Shown in pieces: positions 34,012 to 42,157 of a DNA stretch of 42,157 nt. The notes under the pieces were generated by a model that was not told the origin of the DNA, made no database searches, and saw only the letters and a program-made list of their open reading frames with translations. Source of the stretch: Gemmatimonadota bacterium (GTDB lineage Bacteria; Gemmatimonadota; Gemmatimonadetes; JACCXV01; JAHWKZ01); NCBI GenBank assembly GCA_041577935.1, contig JBFGIA010000002.1, positions 1 to 42,157 on the forward strand. Reading direction: 5' to 3'. A program made the position numbers and the translations under genes. How positions within the stretch are numbered: position 1 is the stretch's first letter; every line of letters starts with the position of its first letter.

Positions 34012-35384
34012 CCGCGGCCCGGGTTCGGACGCGGTTCTCCTGTACAGCTTGTGGCGCGACCGCGCCCCGTTGGGGCGGACGTTGCCCGTCGTGCGAAGCC
34101 TGGAACACGCTCGTCGAAGAGGTCGTCGAGCGGGGCGAGGCCAGCGCAGGGGCGGTGCCCGATGTGCGATCTCTCGCTGACGTGGCCGCTACCGATCTGG
34201 CGCGTCGATCGAGCGGACTCGATGAGCTCGATCGGCTGTTGGGTGGCGGAGTCGTACCGGGGTCGATCGCGCTCGTGGCTGGCGAGCCGGGAGTCGGGAA
34301 ATCGACGCTGCTCCTTCAGGTAGCCGGCCGGATGGCCGCCGACGGCAACCGCGTGCTCTACCTGGCCGGTGAGGAGTCGCCGGCTCAGATCCGACTTCGC
34401 GCCGAGCGGTTGGGCATCGATCGATCCGATGTTTTGATCGCCGCTGGGACCGCGGTCGACGGGCTGCTCGCCGCGTGTCGGCAAGCCTCGCCTGAGATCA
34501 TCGTCTGCGACTCGATTCAGACGGTCTACGACCCGGCTTTGTCGAGCGCGCCGGGCTCGGTGTCTCAGGTGAGGGCCGCTGCTGACGCCTTTCACCGTCA
34601 CTGCAAGACCACTGGGAGCAGCGTCTTTCTGGTCGGACACGTCACCAAGGAAGGCGGTATCGCGGGCCCTAAGACGTTGGAGCATGTGGTCGATGTCGTG
34701 CTGCAGTTCGAGGGCGACCACCACCACGAGCTGAGGGTCTTGAGAGCGCTCAAGAATCGCTACGGGTCGACCCACGAGATCGCGGTGTTCACGATGCACG
34801 ACGGGGGGCTCGAGGTGGTCGACAATCCGTCGGCGATGTTCCTCGGTTCGGGACGGGACAGTGAGCCCGTACCCGGCTCGGCGCACGTAGCCAGCGTGCA
34901 GGGGACACGGCCGCTCGTCATCGAGGTCCAAGCGCTGGTCGCCTCGAGCCCGTACTCGACACCGCAGCGAGTGGCCGGCGGTTTTGACGCGCGCCGATTG
35001 TCGCTGTTGCTGGCGGTGCTGGAGAAGAAGGCCGATTGCGCGCTCGGGGCGAGTGATGTGTTCCTGAACGTGGTCGGCGGGCTCACGCTGACCGAACCAG
35101 CGGTCGATCTGGGCGTGATCATGGCGTTGGCATCAAGCCGTGCGGATAGGCCGCTGCGCCAGGGGACGGTCGTCTTTGGCGAGGTCGGCCTTACGGGCGA
35201 GGTTCGGCCGGTGCGATGGACCGCGGCGCGGCTCAAAGAGGCTGCCCGGCTTGGATTCGAGCGTGCGGTGCTGGCAGCTCCCGATCGCGAGACGGCTCAA
35301 GCATCAAAGGAGCGCGACGCGGGCATCGCCCTGGAGAACGCCGCCACGGTGCGCGAGGCGGTTGCGCTCGCCCTGTCGAAATGA
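34008..35384 (+). CDS. radA: DNA repair protein RadA/Sms
   Basis: 458 aa with a TTGA overlap. Zn finger (CTACG..CPSCEAWNT), Walker A (GEPGVGKSTLLLQ), KNRYG and a Lon-like C-domain. Confidence 0.95.
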   Translation: MTAARVRTRFSCTACGATAPRWGGRCPSCEAWNTLVEEVVERGEASAGAVPDVRSLADVAATDLARRSSGLDELDRLLGGGVVPGSIALVAGEPGVGKSTLLLQVAGRMAADGNRVLYLAGEESPAQIRLRAERLGIDRSDVLIAAGTAVDGLLAACRQASPEIIVCDSIQTVYDPALSSAPGSVSQVRAAADAFHRHCKTTGSSVFLVGHVTKEGGIAGPKTLEHVVDVVLQFEGDHHHELRVLRALKNRYGSTHEIAVFTMHDGGLEVVDNPSAMFLGSGRDSEPVPGSAHVASVQGTRPLVIEVQALVASSPYSTPQRVAGGFDARRLSLLLAVLEKKADCALGASDVFLNVVGGLTLTEPAVDLGVIMALASSRADRPLRQGTVVFGEVGLTGEVRPVRWTAARLKEAARLGFERAVLAAPDRETAQASKERDAGIALENAATVREAVALALSK

Positions 35385-35403
35385 CGATGATTGTCCGCTG
35401 GAC

Positions 35404-35438
35404 CGCATCGCCCATCATTCAATACATATGGCGATGCG
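35404..35438 (+). repeat. 9-bp perfect inverted repeat with AT-rich 17-nt loop between radA and the PIN/TRAM gene
   Basis: CGCATCGCC (35404-35412) / GGCGATGCG (35430-35438) flank ATCATTCAATACATAT. It lies 10 nt upstream of the GGAGG SD of the next gene. No U-tract follows. Confidence 0.45.
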
Positions 35439-35459
35439 CAATCAAACCGGAGGTATACC

Positions 35460-36497
35460 ATGACTTATTTGCGCCTCGTATTCGTCGCGCTTGTCGTTTT
35501 GTTTGGCGCGGCGGCCCTCCTGGAAGAGCCTAACGTCTCGACGTACTTGGTGATCGCCAGCGGTGCACTGATGCTGCTGATCACCGTTCTCTTGGAAGCC
35601 AGAATCCGACAAGGCGACCCGCGGCAGGTGCTAGCGGGTGGGATCGGGTTGATTCTCGGAATCCTCCTCGCGTCGTCGCTTCTGGCAGTGATAGGACGCT
35701 TGCCGATACCGTTCATCGCAGAGATCAGAGGAACACAGGTGGCGGTGTTCGGCATCTTGCTGCTGGTGTTGGTGTGCGCCTACCTCGGAGCGGTCACTGG
35801 ACGCGCGGTGGCGCTGGACCTGACGCTCTTTCGCCAAGCCGATCCCGAGGCCGGCCGGCGGGCGCGGTATCTGGTCGGCGAAAAATCGCTGATCGACGGG
35901 CGGATCGTAAAGCTGGCCGAGAGCCCGCTATTGGCGGGCGAAATCGTGATCCCGAGGTTTGTCGTCGATCAACTGAACGAGATGGTCGCCAGCCACGTCC
36001 CGATCGAGCGTTTTCGCGGTGAGCGCGGGCTTGACGGCCTCAAGCGCCTGCAGCAAAACCGCACGCGACCGGTGTTCATACGCGAGCTCGATTTGTTGCA
36101 CGGCGAGATCGAGGGGGTGCTCGACTACGCGGTGCAACACGACGCCCGAGTGGTGACCCACAACGAGGCGATGATCGAAGAAGCCAAGCGCCGCGGCATC
36201 CCGATCGTCAATCTGAACGACGTGGCGACGATGCTCGAGCCTGAGATCTTATCCGGCGACGAGCTCGTCGTTCGACTCGTCAAGCAGGGTAAAGAGAAAG
36301 AGCAAGCGGTCGGCTACCTCGACAACGGCAACATGGTCGTCGTCGAAGACTCGCGCGACGATATCGGAAAGACATTGCGGGTCGCGGTCACCGGTCTTCA
36401 TGAGACTCGCGCCGGCACCTTGATCTTCGCCAAGAAGAGCGGCGAGGGAGCCGACCTTGCAAGCAGCACGGCGATGAGTGGGGCGAACGGCCCCTGA
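35460..36497 (+). CDS. Membrane-anchored PIN + TRAM domain protein (YacL-like)
   Basis: ATG 35460 follows GGAGG. N-terminal TM helices, a PIN-like segment (SLIDGRIVKL..IVIPRFVVDQLNEM) and a TRAM-like C-terminus (QAVGYLDNGNMVVVEDS..IGKTLRVAVTGLHETRAGTLIFAK). The radA-yacL-ispD-ispF order is as in Bacillus. Confidence 0.8.
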   Translation: MTYLRLVFVALVVLFGAAALLEEPNVSTYLVIASGALMLLITVLLEARIRQGDPRQVLAGGIGLILGILLASSLLAVIGRLPIPFIAEIRGTQVAVFGILLLVLVCAYLGAVTGRAVALDLTLFRQADPEAGRRARYLVGEKSLIDGRIVKLAESPLLAGEIVIPRFVVDQLNEMVASHVPIERFRGERGLDGLKRLQQNRTRPVFIRELDLLHGEIEGVLDYAVQHDARVVTHNEAMIEEAKRRGIPIVNLNDVATMLEPEILSGDELVVRLVKQGKEKEQAVGYLDNGNMVVVEDSRDDIGKTLRVAVTGLHETRAGTLIFAKKSGEGADLASSTAMSGANGP

Positions 36498-36511
36498 TCC
36501 GGGCCGCCGGC

Positions 36512-37180
36512 GTGGTCGTCGCCGCCGGCAGCAGCCGGCGGATGGGTGGTGAACCCAAGCAGTTCCGCTTGCTGGACGGTCGGCCGACGGTCTGCTGGGC
36601 AGCGCGCGCGTTGTTGGGCGCGTTGGCGGGCCCAGTGGTGGTTGTCCTGCCCGGCGACGAGCTCGATTTGGGAGAGGGACTGCTCCACGGTCACCTCGGA
36701 GATGACGCGAATCGCGTCTTGGTGACAGCTGGCGGTGTGCGACGGCGTGATTCGGTCGCCGCCGGGTTGGCGCTGATAGAGGAGGCTCGAACCGTGTTGG
36801 TTCACGATGCGGCACGTCCGTTTGCCAGCCGCGGGCTGGTCGAGCGCGTCGGTCGCCGGGCCGCCCAGGGTCGCGCAGTCATTCCGGCCCTCCCGATTCA
36901 CGATACGCTAAAAGAGATCGATGGCGACAGAATCACCGCTACCCGCGATCGGGATCGATTCGTTCTCGCCCAAACGCCACAGGGATTTCCAACCGAGGTG
37001 CTCGAACGTGCGCACACGAGATCAGATAGTGGGGAAGCGACCGATGACGCTTGGCTGTGCGAAGCACTCGGTGTGCCCGTCTTCTGGATCGAGGGCGAAC
37101 CGCTCAACCGCAAGCTCACCGCGACTGCCGATTGGGAGTGGGCCGAGGAGATGATCGACCGGGGGCACGTCCGGTGGTGA
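36512..37180 (+). CDS. ispD: 2-C-methyl-D-erythritol 4-phosphate cytidylyltransferase
   Basis: 222 aa with [25 protein letters not shown], and TPQGF. GTG 36512 leaves almost no residues before the AAG motif. CTG 36494 (CTGA overlap with the upstream stop) would give [12 protein letters not shown]. Confidence 0.85.
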   Translation: MVVAAGSSRRMGGEPKQFRLLDGRPTVCWAARALLGALAGPVVVVLPGDELDLGEGLLHGHLGDDANRVLVTAGGVRRRDSVAAGLALIEEARTVLVHDAARPFASRGLVERVGRRAAQGRAVIPALPIHDTLKEIDGDRITATRDRDRFVLAQTPQGFPTEVLERAHTRSDSGEATDDAWLCEALGVPVFWIEGEPLNRKLTATADWEWAEEMIDRGHVRW

Positions 37181-37656
37181 TGACACGCACCGGGATCGGG
37201 TTCGACGTTCATCGGTTGGTCGAGGGTCGGTCGCTCGTGCTGGGTGGGGTTACGATCGAGCACCCGCGCGGGCTGGCCGGACACTCCGATGGCGACGCGT
37301 TGCTCCACGCCATCGCCGACGGCCTGCTCGGCGCGGCCGCGCTGGGCGACATCGGGCAGCTGTTTCCACCTGAAGATCCACAGTACGAGGGGGCCGACAG
37401 TATCGAGCTCTTGCGAGAAGTCGCGAGCCGGGTCGGCGCCGGCGGGCACTCAATCGTCAACGTTGACGCGACGGTGATCGCCGAAGCGCCGCGCATGCAA
37501 CCGCACGTTCCCGCGATGCGCGACCGGATCGCGAATGCGCTCGACATCAGTCGCGATCGGGTGAGCGTCAAGGCAACGACCTTCGAAGGGCTGGGTGTGC
37601 TGGGTCGCGAGGAAGGCATCGCCGCCCTGGCGATAGCCACCCTCGAGTCGGGCTAA
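37180..37656 (+). CDS. ispF: 2-C-methyl-D-erythritol 2,4-cyclodiphosphate synthase
   Basis: ATG 37180 overlaps the ispD TGA by 1 nt. Contains [38 protein letters not shown], and ATTFEGLG. Confidence 0.95.
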   Translation: MTRTGIGFDVHRLVEGRSLVLGGVTIEHPRGLAGHSDGDALLHAIADGLLGAAALGDIGQLFPPEDPQYEGADSIELLREVASRVGAGGHSIVNVDATVIAEAPRMQPHVPAMRDRIANALDISRDRVSVKATTFEGLGVLGREEGIAALAIATLESG

Positions 37657-38819
37657 TGATCGACCATCTCGCGTGCACTCGTTGCGGACAGGAGGCGTCG
37701 GCCGCCGAGCTGACCAACACGTGTGTTTGCGGCGCTCCATTGATGGCGCACTACGACCTGCCTGGGCTGGCGGCACGCGCGACGCAACCCCGCAACGATC
37801 GCAAGCGCACCGATGTCTGGCGTTACCGCGAAGTCATGCCGATCGAAGTTGACGAGACACCGCTCACCCTGGGCGAGGGGTGGACCCCGCTCGTTCGCTC
37901 GCAGCGGATCGGCCCCGCACTCGGCCTCGAACGACTGTACTTCAAAGACGAGGGACTAAACCCGACCGGTACGTTCAAAGCCCGCGGGATGGCGGTGGCG
38001 GTGCATCGTGCTCGCACCTTGGGCGCACGCGGCGTCATTCTGCCGAGCGCCGGCAACGCCGGTAGTGCCGCGGCGGCCTACTGCGCGGCCGCCGGTCTCA
38101 GCTGCACGGTGGCGATGCCCGAGTCGACACCGCAGCCGATCGTCGACGAGTGTCGGGCGTTTGGCGCCGATCTCCACCTGGTGGCCGGATCGATCGCCAA
38201 CGCCGGCGGGTGGGTGCGGGATCGGATCGCGGAGAACGGATCTTTCGATCTCTCGACCTTGCGCGAGCCCTACCGAATCGAGGGCAAGAAAACGATGGGG
38301 TATGAGCTGGCGGAAGCGTTCGATTGGAAACTACCCGACGCGATCGTCTACCCGACCGGCGGTGGTACCGGTTTGATCGCCATGTGGAAAGCGTTCGACG
38401 AGATGCAGGCGCTGGGTTGGATCGGTGCCGCGCGGCCGCGCATGATCGCCGTTCAGGCGATCGGCTGCGCGCCGATCGTGGCTGCGTTTCGAGCTGGTGC
38501 GGATGCTGCGATGCCGGTGGCCGATCCCGAAACGGTGGCCAGCGGGCTCAGAGTGCCATCGGCCTTGGGTGACTTTCTGATCTTGGCGACGCTCCGCTCT
38601 TCGGGTGGCACCGCGGTCTCTGTGTCCGATCCCCAGCTGCTCGATGGTGCCCATCGGTTGGCGAGCGAGGAGGGGATTCTGGCCGGGCCGGAAGCCGGGG
38701 CCACGATCGGCGCGCTGACCAAGCTGCTCGACGCTGGTGCGATCGCACGTCACGAGCGGGTGGTGTGTTTTGTCACCGGGCACGGCCTCAAGTACCCGGC
38801 CATTATGAGTGCGGCGTGA
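37656..38819 (+). CDS. Threonine-synthase-family fold-type II PLP enzyme with N-terminal Cys4 zinc ribbon
   Basis: 387 aa with a TAATG overlap onto ispF. Contains CTRCG...CVCG, LYFKDEGLNPTGTFKARG (PLP Lys), SAGNAG and PTGGGTG. Most likely threonine synthase, but the substrate cannot be fixed from sequence alone. Confidence 0.7.
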   Translation: MIDHLACTRCGQEASAAELTNTCVCGAPLMAHYDLPGLAARATQPRNDRKRTDVWRYREVMPIEVDETPLTLGEGWTPLVRSQRIGPALGLERLYFKDEGLNPTGTFKARGMAVAVHRARTLGARGVILPSAGNAGSAAAAYCAAAGLSCTVAMPESTPQPIVDECRAFGADLHLVAGSIANAGGWVRDRIAENGSFDLSTLREPYRIEGKKTMGYELAEAFDWKLPDAIVYPTGGGTGLIAMWKAFDEMQALGWIGAARPRMIAVQAIGCAPIVAAFRAGADAAMPVADPETVASGLRVPSALGDFLILATLRSSGGTAVSVSDPQLLDGAHRLASEEGILAGPEAGATIGALTKLLDAGAIARHERVVCFVTGHGLKYPAIMSAA

Positions 38820-40033
38820 TGGTCGGCGCCGAGGCTACACTTGGTTCCATGCGGATCGGTTATCTCGACATGTTCTCGGGTGTCAGCGGCGACATGTTGC
38901 TCGGTGCGTGCTTGGACGCGGGTGTCGAGCTCGATCAACTCGAGGCGGCACTCGCGCCACTGGCGCTCGACGACGTGGGACTAGAGACCGAGATCGTCTC
39001 CCGTCACGGGATCAACGCGACCCTGTGCCACGTGGATGTACCCGACCGGGTTGAGCACCGTTCACTGACCGAGATCATCGAGCGGATCGAGAACGCCGAA
39101 CTTGGGGCTTCCGTGACCGATCGAGCGCGACAAGTCTTCGAGCGGCTCGGCCAGGCCGAGGCCAAAGTGCATGGCACGACGATAGACGAGATTCACTTCC
39201 ACGAAGTCGGCGCGCTGGACGCGATCGTCGACATCGTAGGCGCTGTGTGGTGTCTCGAGACTCTCGGGATCGGGGTGCTTCACGCGTCGTCGTTTACCCT
39301 GGGTTCGGGTTGGACCGAGACCAGCCACGGGCGGCTCCCGGTTCCGCCGCCGGCAGTCATGGAGTTGGTTCGGGGCTGGCAGGTTCACGACTCGGCGGTC
39401 CAGGCCGAGCTGACGACGCCGACCGGCGCGGCGTTGGTGACGACGCTCGCGTCAGCACAGGGGTTACCGCCCGACTTCGTACCTGATCACGTTGGTTACG
39501 GCGCCGGCACTCGGGAGCTGGACGAACAACCGAACCTGTTACGACTGATTGTCGGCGCTTCCCGCGCGCCGTCGCAACGGTTGGCTATCGTCGAGTGCGA
39601 CCTCGATGATCTCGAGCCGCGGCTTTTCGGTCCACTCGCCGATCGTTTGTACGCGGCCGGTGCGGTCGACGTGCATTGGGTGCCGGTGCAGATGAAAAAG
39701 CAGCGGCCGGGTGTCACCGTGCGGCTGCTGGCGCCATACGAGGCGGTTGATGCAACGACCGAGGTGCTGTTCAACGAAACCACCACGCTGGGTGTCCGTT
39801 ATTGGGGCGTTGCCCGCCACACGCTGGCGCGCGAATCGATCGAGCTCGACACCTCGTTCGGACGCGTCGCGGTCAAGCGCGTGCGGCGACGCGACGGTCG
39901 TGTCGAGCTGCGGCCCGAGTTCGATGCGTGTCGGGCGATCGCCGAAGCCCGCGGGGTAGCCGTCCGCGACGTCGTTGCGGCTCTGACGGCCGAGTTGGCG
40001 CAGCTGGAACCCGATCCCAATCTGGAGGTATAA
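38819..40033 (+). CDS. larC: LarC, nickel-insertion cyclometallase (DUF111 family)
   Basis: Core N-terminus MRIGYLDMFSGVSGDMLLGACLDAG, then HFHEVGALDAIVDIVG and a C-terminal domain. The start is ATG 38819 (TGATG overlap with the upstream stop) or ATG 38849, which gives the family-typical MRIGY N-terminus. Confidence 0.8.
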   Translation: MVGAEATLGSMRIGYLDMFSGVSGDMLLGACLDAGVELDQLEAALAPLALDDVGLETEIVSRHGINATLCHVDVPDRVEHRSLTEIIERIENAELGASVTDRARQVFERLGQAEAKVHGTTIDEIHFHEVGALDAIVDIVGAVWCLETLGIGVLHASSFTLGSGWTETSHGRLPVPPPAVMELVRGWQVHDSAVQAELTTPTGAALVTTLASAQGLPPDFVPDHVGYGAGTRELDEQPNLLRLIVGASRAPSQRLAIVECDLDDLEPRLFGPLADRLYAAGAVDVHWVPVQMKKQRPGVTVRLLAPYEAVDATTEVLFNETTTLGVRYWGVARHTLARESIELDTSFGRVAVKRVRRRDGRVELRPEFDACRAIAEARGVAVRDVVAALTAELAQLEPDPNLEV

Positions 40034-40070
40034 TCTTGCGCTACCTGATTCTTTTCTACGGAGGACATCG

Positions 40071-41405
40071 ATGAAACGGATACTGCTCGCCGGGGTGCTG
40101 GTGCTCCTGAGCGCTGAACTCGGCTACGGCCAAACATGCCAGGCTTACATAAACGGGTCGAAGGCCCGCATCTCGAAGAACAAGTGGGCTGACGCGCGCA
40201 AGGTGCTAGCCGAGAACCTCGAGATGTGCACTGACAATCCCGAGTACCAGTACTTGTATGCGGTGGCGCTCGCCCGTGTGTCGCCCGACTCGAGCTACAA
40301 AGCGCTCGGCCTGCTGGCGGTCGCGGATAGCCTGAACGGCAATCCAGGCGCCGGCGATGAGCTACAAGACGACATCGATCAAGCCAAGATGGCGCTGTGG
40401 GGGCCGATGGTAAACGAAGGCGTGAGGTTGTTGTCGGCTGGTGACGTCGAGGCTGCCGAAAGCACGCTCAGGACGGCGGTCGAAGTAAACCCGACGGGCA
40501 AAGAGGGCTATCTGGGCCTGGGTGCCGTGCACCAGACCAAGAAGGAGTACGATCTCGCGATCGAGAGCTTCAGCAAAGCGCTCGAGTTCGACCCAGCCTA
40601 CAAGCCGGCGCTGTTGAGGCTTGGCCAAACGTATCAGTTCAAGGCCGAGGAAGCGGCAGCGGCGGGGAACACCAATCAGGCCGAACGAATCGCCGGTGAG
40701 GCCGCGACCGTATACGAGAACTACTTGGTCGACAACCCCGACGAGATCGAGGTCGAGATCCAGCTCGCCGGGCTGCACGCCTCGCTCGGGAACATGGAGA
40801 AGGCAGAGCCGATCATTCGCAAGATTATGGATTCCGAGGCGGCCAACGCGGATGTGTTGACCGAGTTCGGTTTCCGGTTGGCCAACGCACAACAGTTGGA
40901 GCTGGCCGACGAGGTACTGTCACGAGCCGTCGAAATGAGCCGTTCGCAAAACACCGAAACGCTGTCGTACCTCGCATTCGTGCGCATCCAGAGCGGCGAT
41001 CTCGAGGGTGCCAAGGCGGTGCTGGAACAGCAGATCGAGCTCGAGCCCGACAACCACGAAGCTTGGGAGTACATGGGGTACGTCAGGCGCGATCTGGGCG
41101 ACGTAGAAGGTGCCCAGGAGGCGTTTGGCTACGCCGAGGCGATCCCACTCAAGCTCGAAGCGTTGCGCCTCAGCCAGAGAAGCGACGAGTCGTGGGGTGT
41201 CGAGGCAACGTTCTCCAATCGCACCGAAGAGCCGGTTCAGGATCTTACCGTCAAGTTCATGCTCATCTCTGCGGATGGGGACGTGATCGAGGCGAAAGAG
41301 ATGTCGGTGGCGGGGGATCCGCTGCCCGCCGGCGAGGCCGAGAACGTGAGCGTCCAGTTCTCGACGCCGGCCGAGAACCCGCGCGTTCGGTACGACATTC
41401 TGTAG
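40071..41405 (+). CDS. Secreted TPR-repeat protein
   Basis: 444 aa with GGAGG upstream and a signal peptide (MKRILLAGVLVLLSAELGYG-Q). Multiple 34-aa TPR-like repeats (..GYLGLGAVHQTKKEYDLAIESFSKALEFDPAY..). Confidence 0.75.
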   Translation: MKRILLAGVLVLLSAELGYGQTCQAYINGSKARISKNKWADARKVLAENLEMCTDNPEYQYLYAVALARVSPDSSYKALGLLAVADSLNGNPGAGDELQDDIDQAKMALWGPMVNEGVRLLSAGDVEAAESTLRTAVEVNPTGKEGYLGLGAVHQTKKEYDLAIESFSKALEFDPAYKPALLRLGQTYQFKAEEAAAAGNTNQAERIAGEAATVYENYLVDNPDEIEVEIQLAGLHASLGNMEKAEPIIRKIMDSEAANADVLTEFGFRLANAQQLELADEVLSRAVEMSRSQNTETLSYLAFVRIQSGDLEGAKAVLEQQIELEPDNHEAWEYMGYVRRDLGDVEGAQEAFGYAEAIPLKLEALRLSQRSDESWGVEATFSNRTEEPVQDLTVKFMLISADGDVIEAKEMSVAGDPLPAGEAENVSVQFSTPAENPRVRYDIL

Positions 41406-41432
41406 CTGAGGGTTCAGGTAGCGAGTACAAGT

Positions 41433-41468
41433 GGGCGACGGCTCGGTTGGGCCGTCGCCCGTTTTTTC
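41433..41468 (+). terminator. Rho-independent terminator after the TPR gene
   Basis: GGGCGACGGC (41433-41442), 8-nt loop, GCCGTCGCCC (41451-41460), then G-TTTTTT (41462-41467). Confidence 0.85.
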
Positions 41469-41493
41469 AATATCTTGGGTCCGCACATCGCGA

Positions 41494-41565
<72 letters not shown>

Positions 41566-41580
41566 CTCTTCGCAATCGTC

Positions 41581-41781
41581 GGTAGCCGCCAGGGTTTCTT
41601 AGTTCGCAGCCCACGCGAGCTGCCGCGGCGCGCGGCGCTCCGCGCGGTCGTTCGCGGAGAGCCCTTCGCGGCGCTCTGCGAGGCGCTCGAGGGACTCGTC
41701 GGCCCGGAGCGGGCGTCGCACAAGGCGGTGCGGATTCTCCTGCGCTGGATCGAGGACGGCCTCGTCACGATGGCCGCGTGA
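41581..41781 (+). pseudogene. 5'-truncated coding remnant (C-terminal about 55-65 codons of an unidentified protein)
   Basis: The frame ending at TGA 41779-41781 reads ..RELPRRAALRAVVRGEPFAALCEALEGLVGPERASHKAVRILLRWIEDGLVTMAA, with almost all third positions G/C. There is no ATG/GTG/TTG before GTG 41737, and the open frame runs back into the tRNA. It is not in the ORF track. Confidence 0.45.
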
Positions 41782-41793
41782 CGAGGATACTCC

Positions 41794-42157
41794 TCATTCC
41801 GCTGGCGGCGCAGGGCGCCGCGCCAGCTCGGCTTCGAGCTCGGCGATCCGGGTGGTCAGCGGCGCCGTCACCGCGCGCACCTCCTCGAGCGTATACCGCG
41901 CGGTGATGTGCTGCGGGCAGTTCCAGTCGAAGCCCTCGACCGCGATCACGAAGCCCCGCTCGATCCGTGCCCGGTAGTCCGGCATCTCGAGGCGCGACAG
42001 CATCCGGTCGTCGAGCCCGATGATCCGGGCGCGGCCGAACAGCTTGAGCCGGGTCTTGTTCGGTTAATCCATGAAGAACAGCGACACCCGGTCGTCCGTC
42101 AGCAGGTTCCCGACGCTGACGTACTGGCGGTTGCCGCGGAAATCCGCGAAGCCGATC
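41794..42157 (-). pseudogene. Pyridoxamine-5'-phosphate-oxidase-like (FMN-binding split barrel) gene interrupted by an in-frame TAA; 5' end off window
   Basis: Track ORF 41794..42003 (MLSRLEMPDYRARIERGF..WNCPQHITARY..) continues in the same frame upstream as ..IGFADFRGNRQYVSVGNLLTDDRVSLFFMD-TAA-PNKTRLKLFGRARIIGLDDR. The stop lies at 42066-42064, where an aromatic residue is expected. Confidence 0.6.

Noticed and set aside
37656-38819. ThrC-like enzyme as a functional replacement for the missing LarE sulfur transferase.
   Set aside because: LarE chemistry needs a PP-loop ATP-dependent adenylation, which a fold-type II PLP enzyme cannot provide. It is kept only as a low-priority neighbourhood question.

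Overview
This is a GC-rich bacterial chromosomal segment (about 60-65% GC by eye) from a diderm organism. It is almost entirely coding and very tightly packed, with many 1-, 4- and 8-nt start/stop overlaps. I call 41 protein-coding genes, 3 tRNAs (Cys-GCA, Gly-GCC, Gly-CCC), one textbook intrinsic terminator, two candidate promoters, two structured non-coding elements and two gene remnants.

Layout:
- (i) 1-711: partial minus-strand Big_2 lipoprotein ending in a 20-Pro tract.
- (ii) 712-1292: a 580-nt non-coding gap, atypical for this window, whose last 152 nt form a rod-like imperfect palindrome.
- (iii) 1293-10487: co-directional envelope metal/redox cluster. It holds two tandem CDF exporters with different metal-site ligands, a Wzy/O-antigen-ligase-like protein, a Tat-exported two-domain multicopper oxidase overlapping a ZIP permease, msrPQ, a DUF2652 protein and an SDR.
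- (iv) 10507-10713: tRNA-Gly/Cys pair on the minus strand.
- (v) 10811-24659: housekeeping array with aspS, phoH-pgpH-ybeY-corC-corC-mgtE, and recO-selB-SPOR-small secreted protein.
- (vi) 24667-27539: minus-strand operon of Sfp-type PPTase, POTRA-less Omp85 barrel, ptsN and a short zinc-ribbon protein.
- (vii) 27558-41405: plus-strand array larB-DUF1232-yicC-gmk-rpoZ-coaBC-udg-dnaB-radA-yacL-ispD-ispF-thrC-like-larC-TPR.
- (viii) 41433-42157: terminator, tRNA-Gly(CCC), then a visibly more GC-rich tail holding a 5'-truncated gene remnant and a PNPOx-like gene with an in-frame TAA.

I see no CRISPR array, transposase, integrase, phage gene or recognisable defence or toxin system. Most of the window is ordinary core genome, and I cannot point to a clear-cut novel multi-gene system.

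The best second-look candidates are:
- the translationally coupled multicopper oxidase-ZIP pair;
- the structured element and orphan non-coding stretch upstream of the CDF pair;
- the PPTase-Omp85-PtsN operon;
- the split lar genes coupled to DUF1232 and to a ThrC-like enzyme;
- conserved N-termini that require non-canonical start codons (ATA, CTG);
- the compositional break after tRNA-Gly(CCC).

All functional calls rest on motif recognition by eye. No database search was run.
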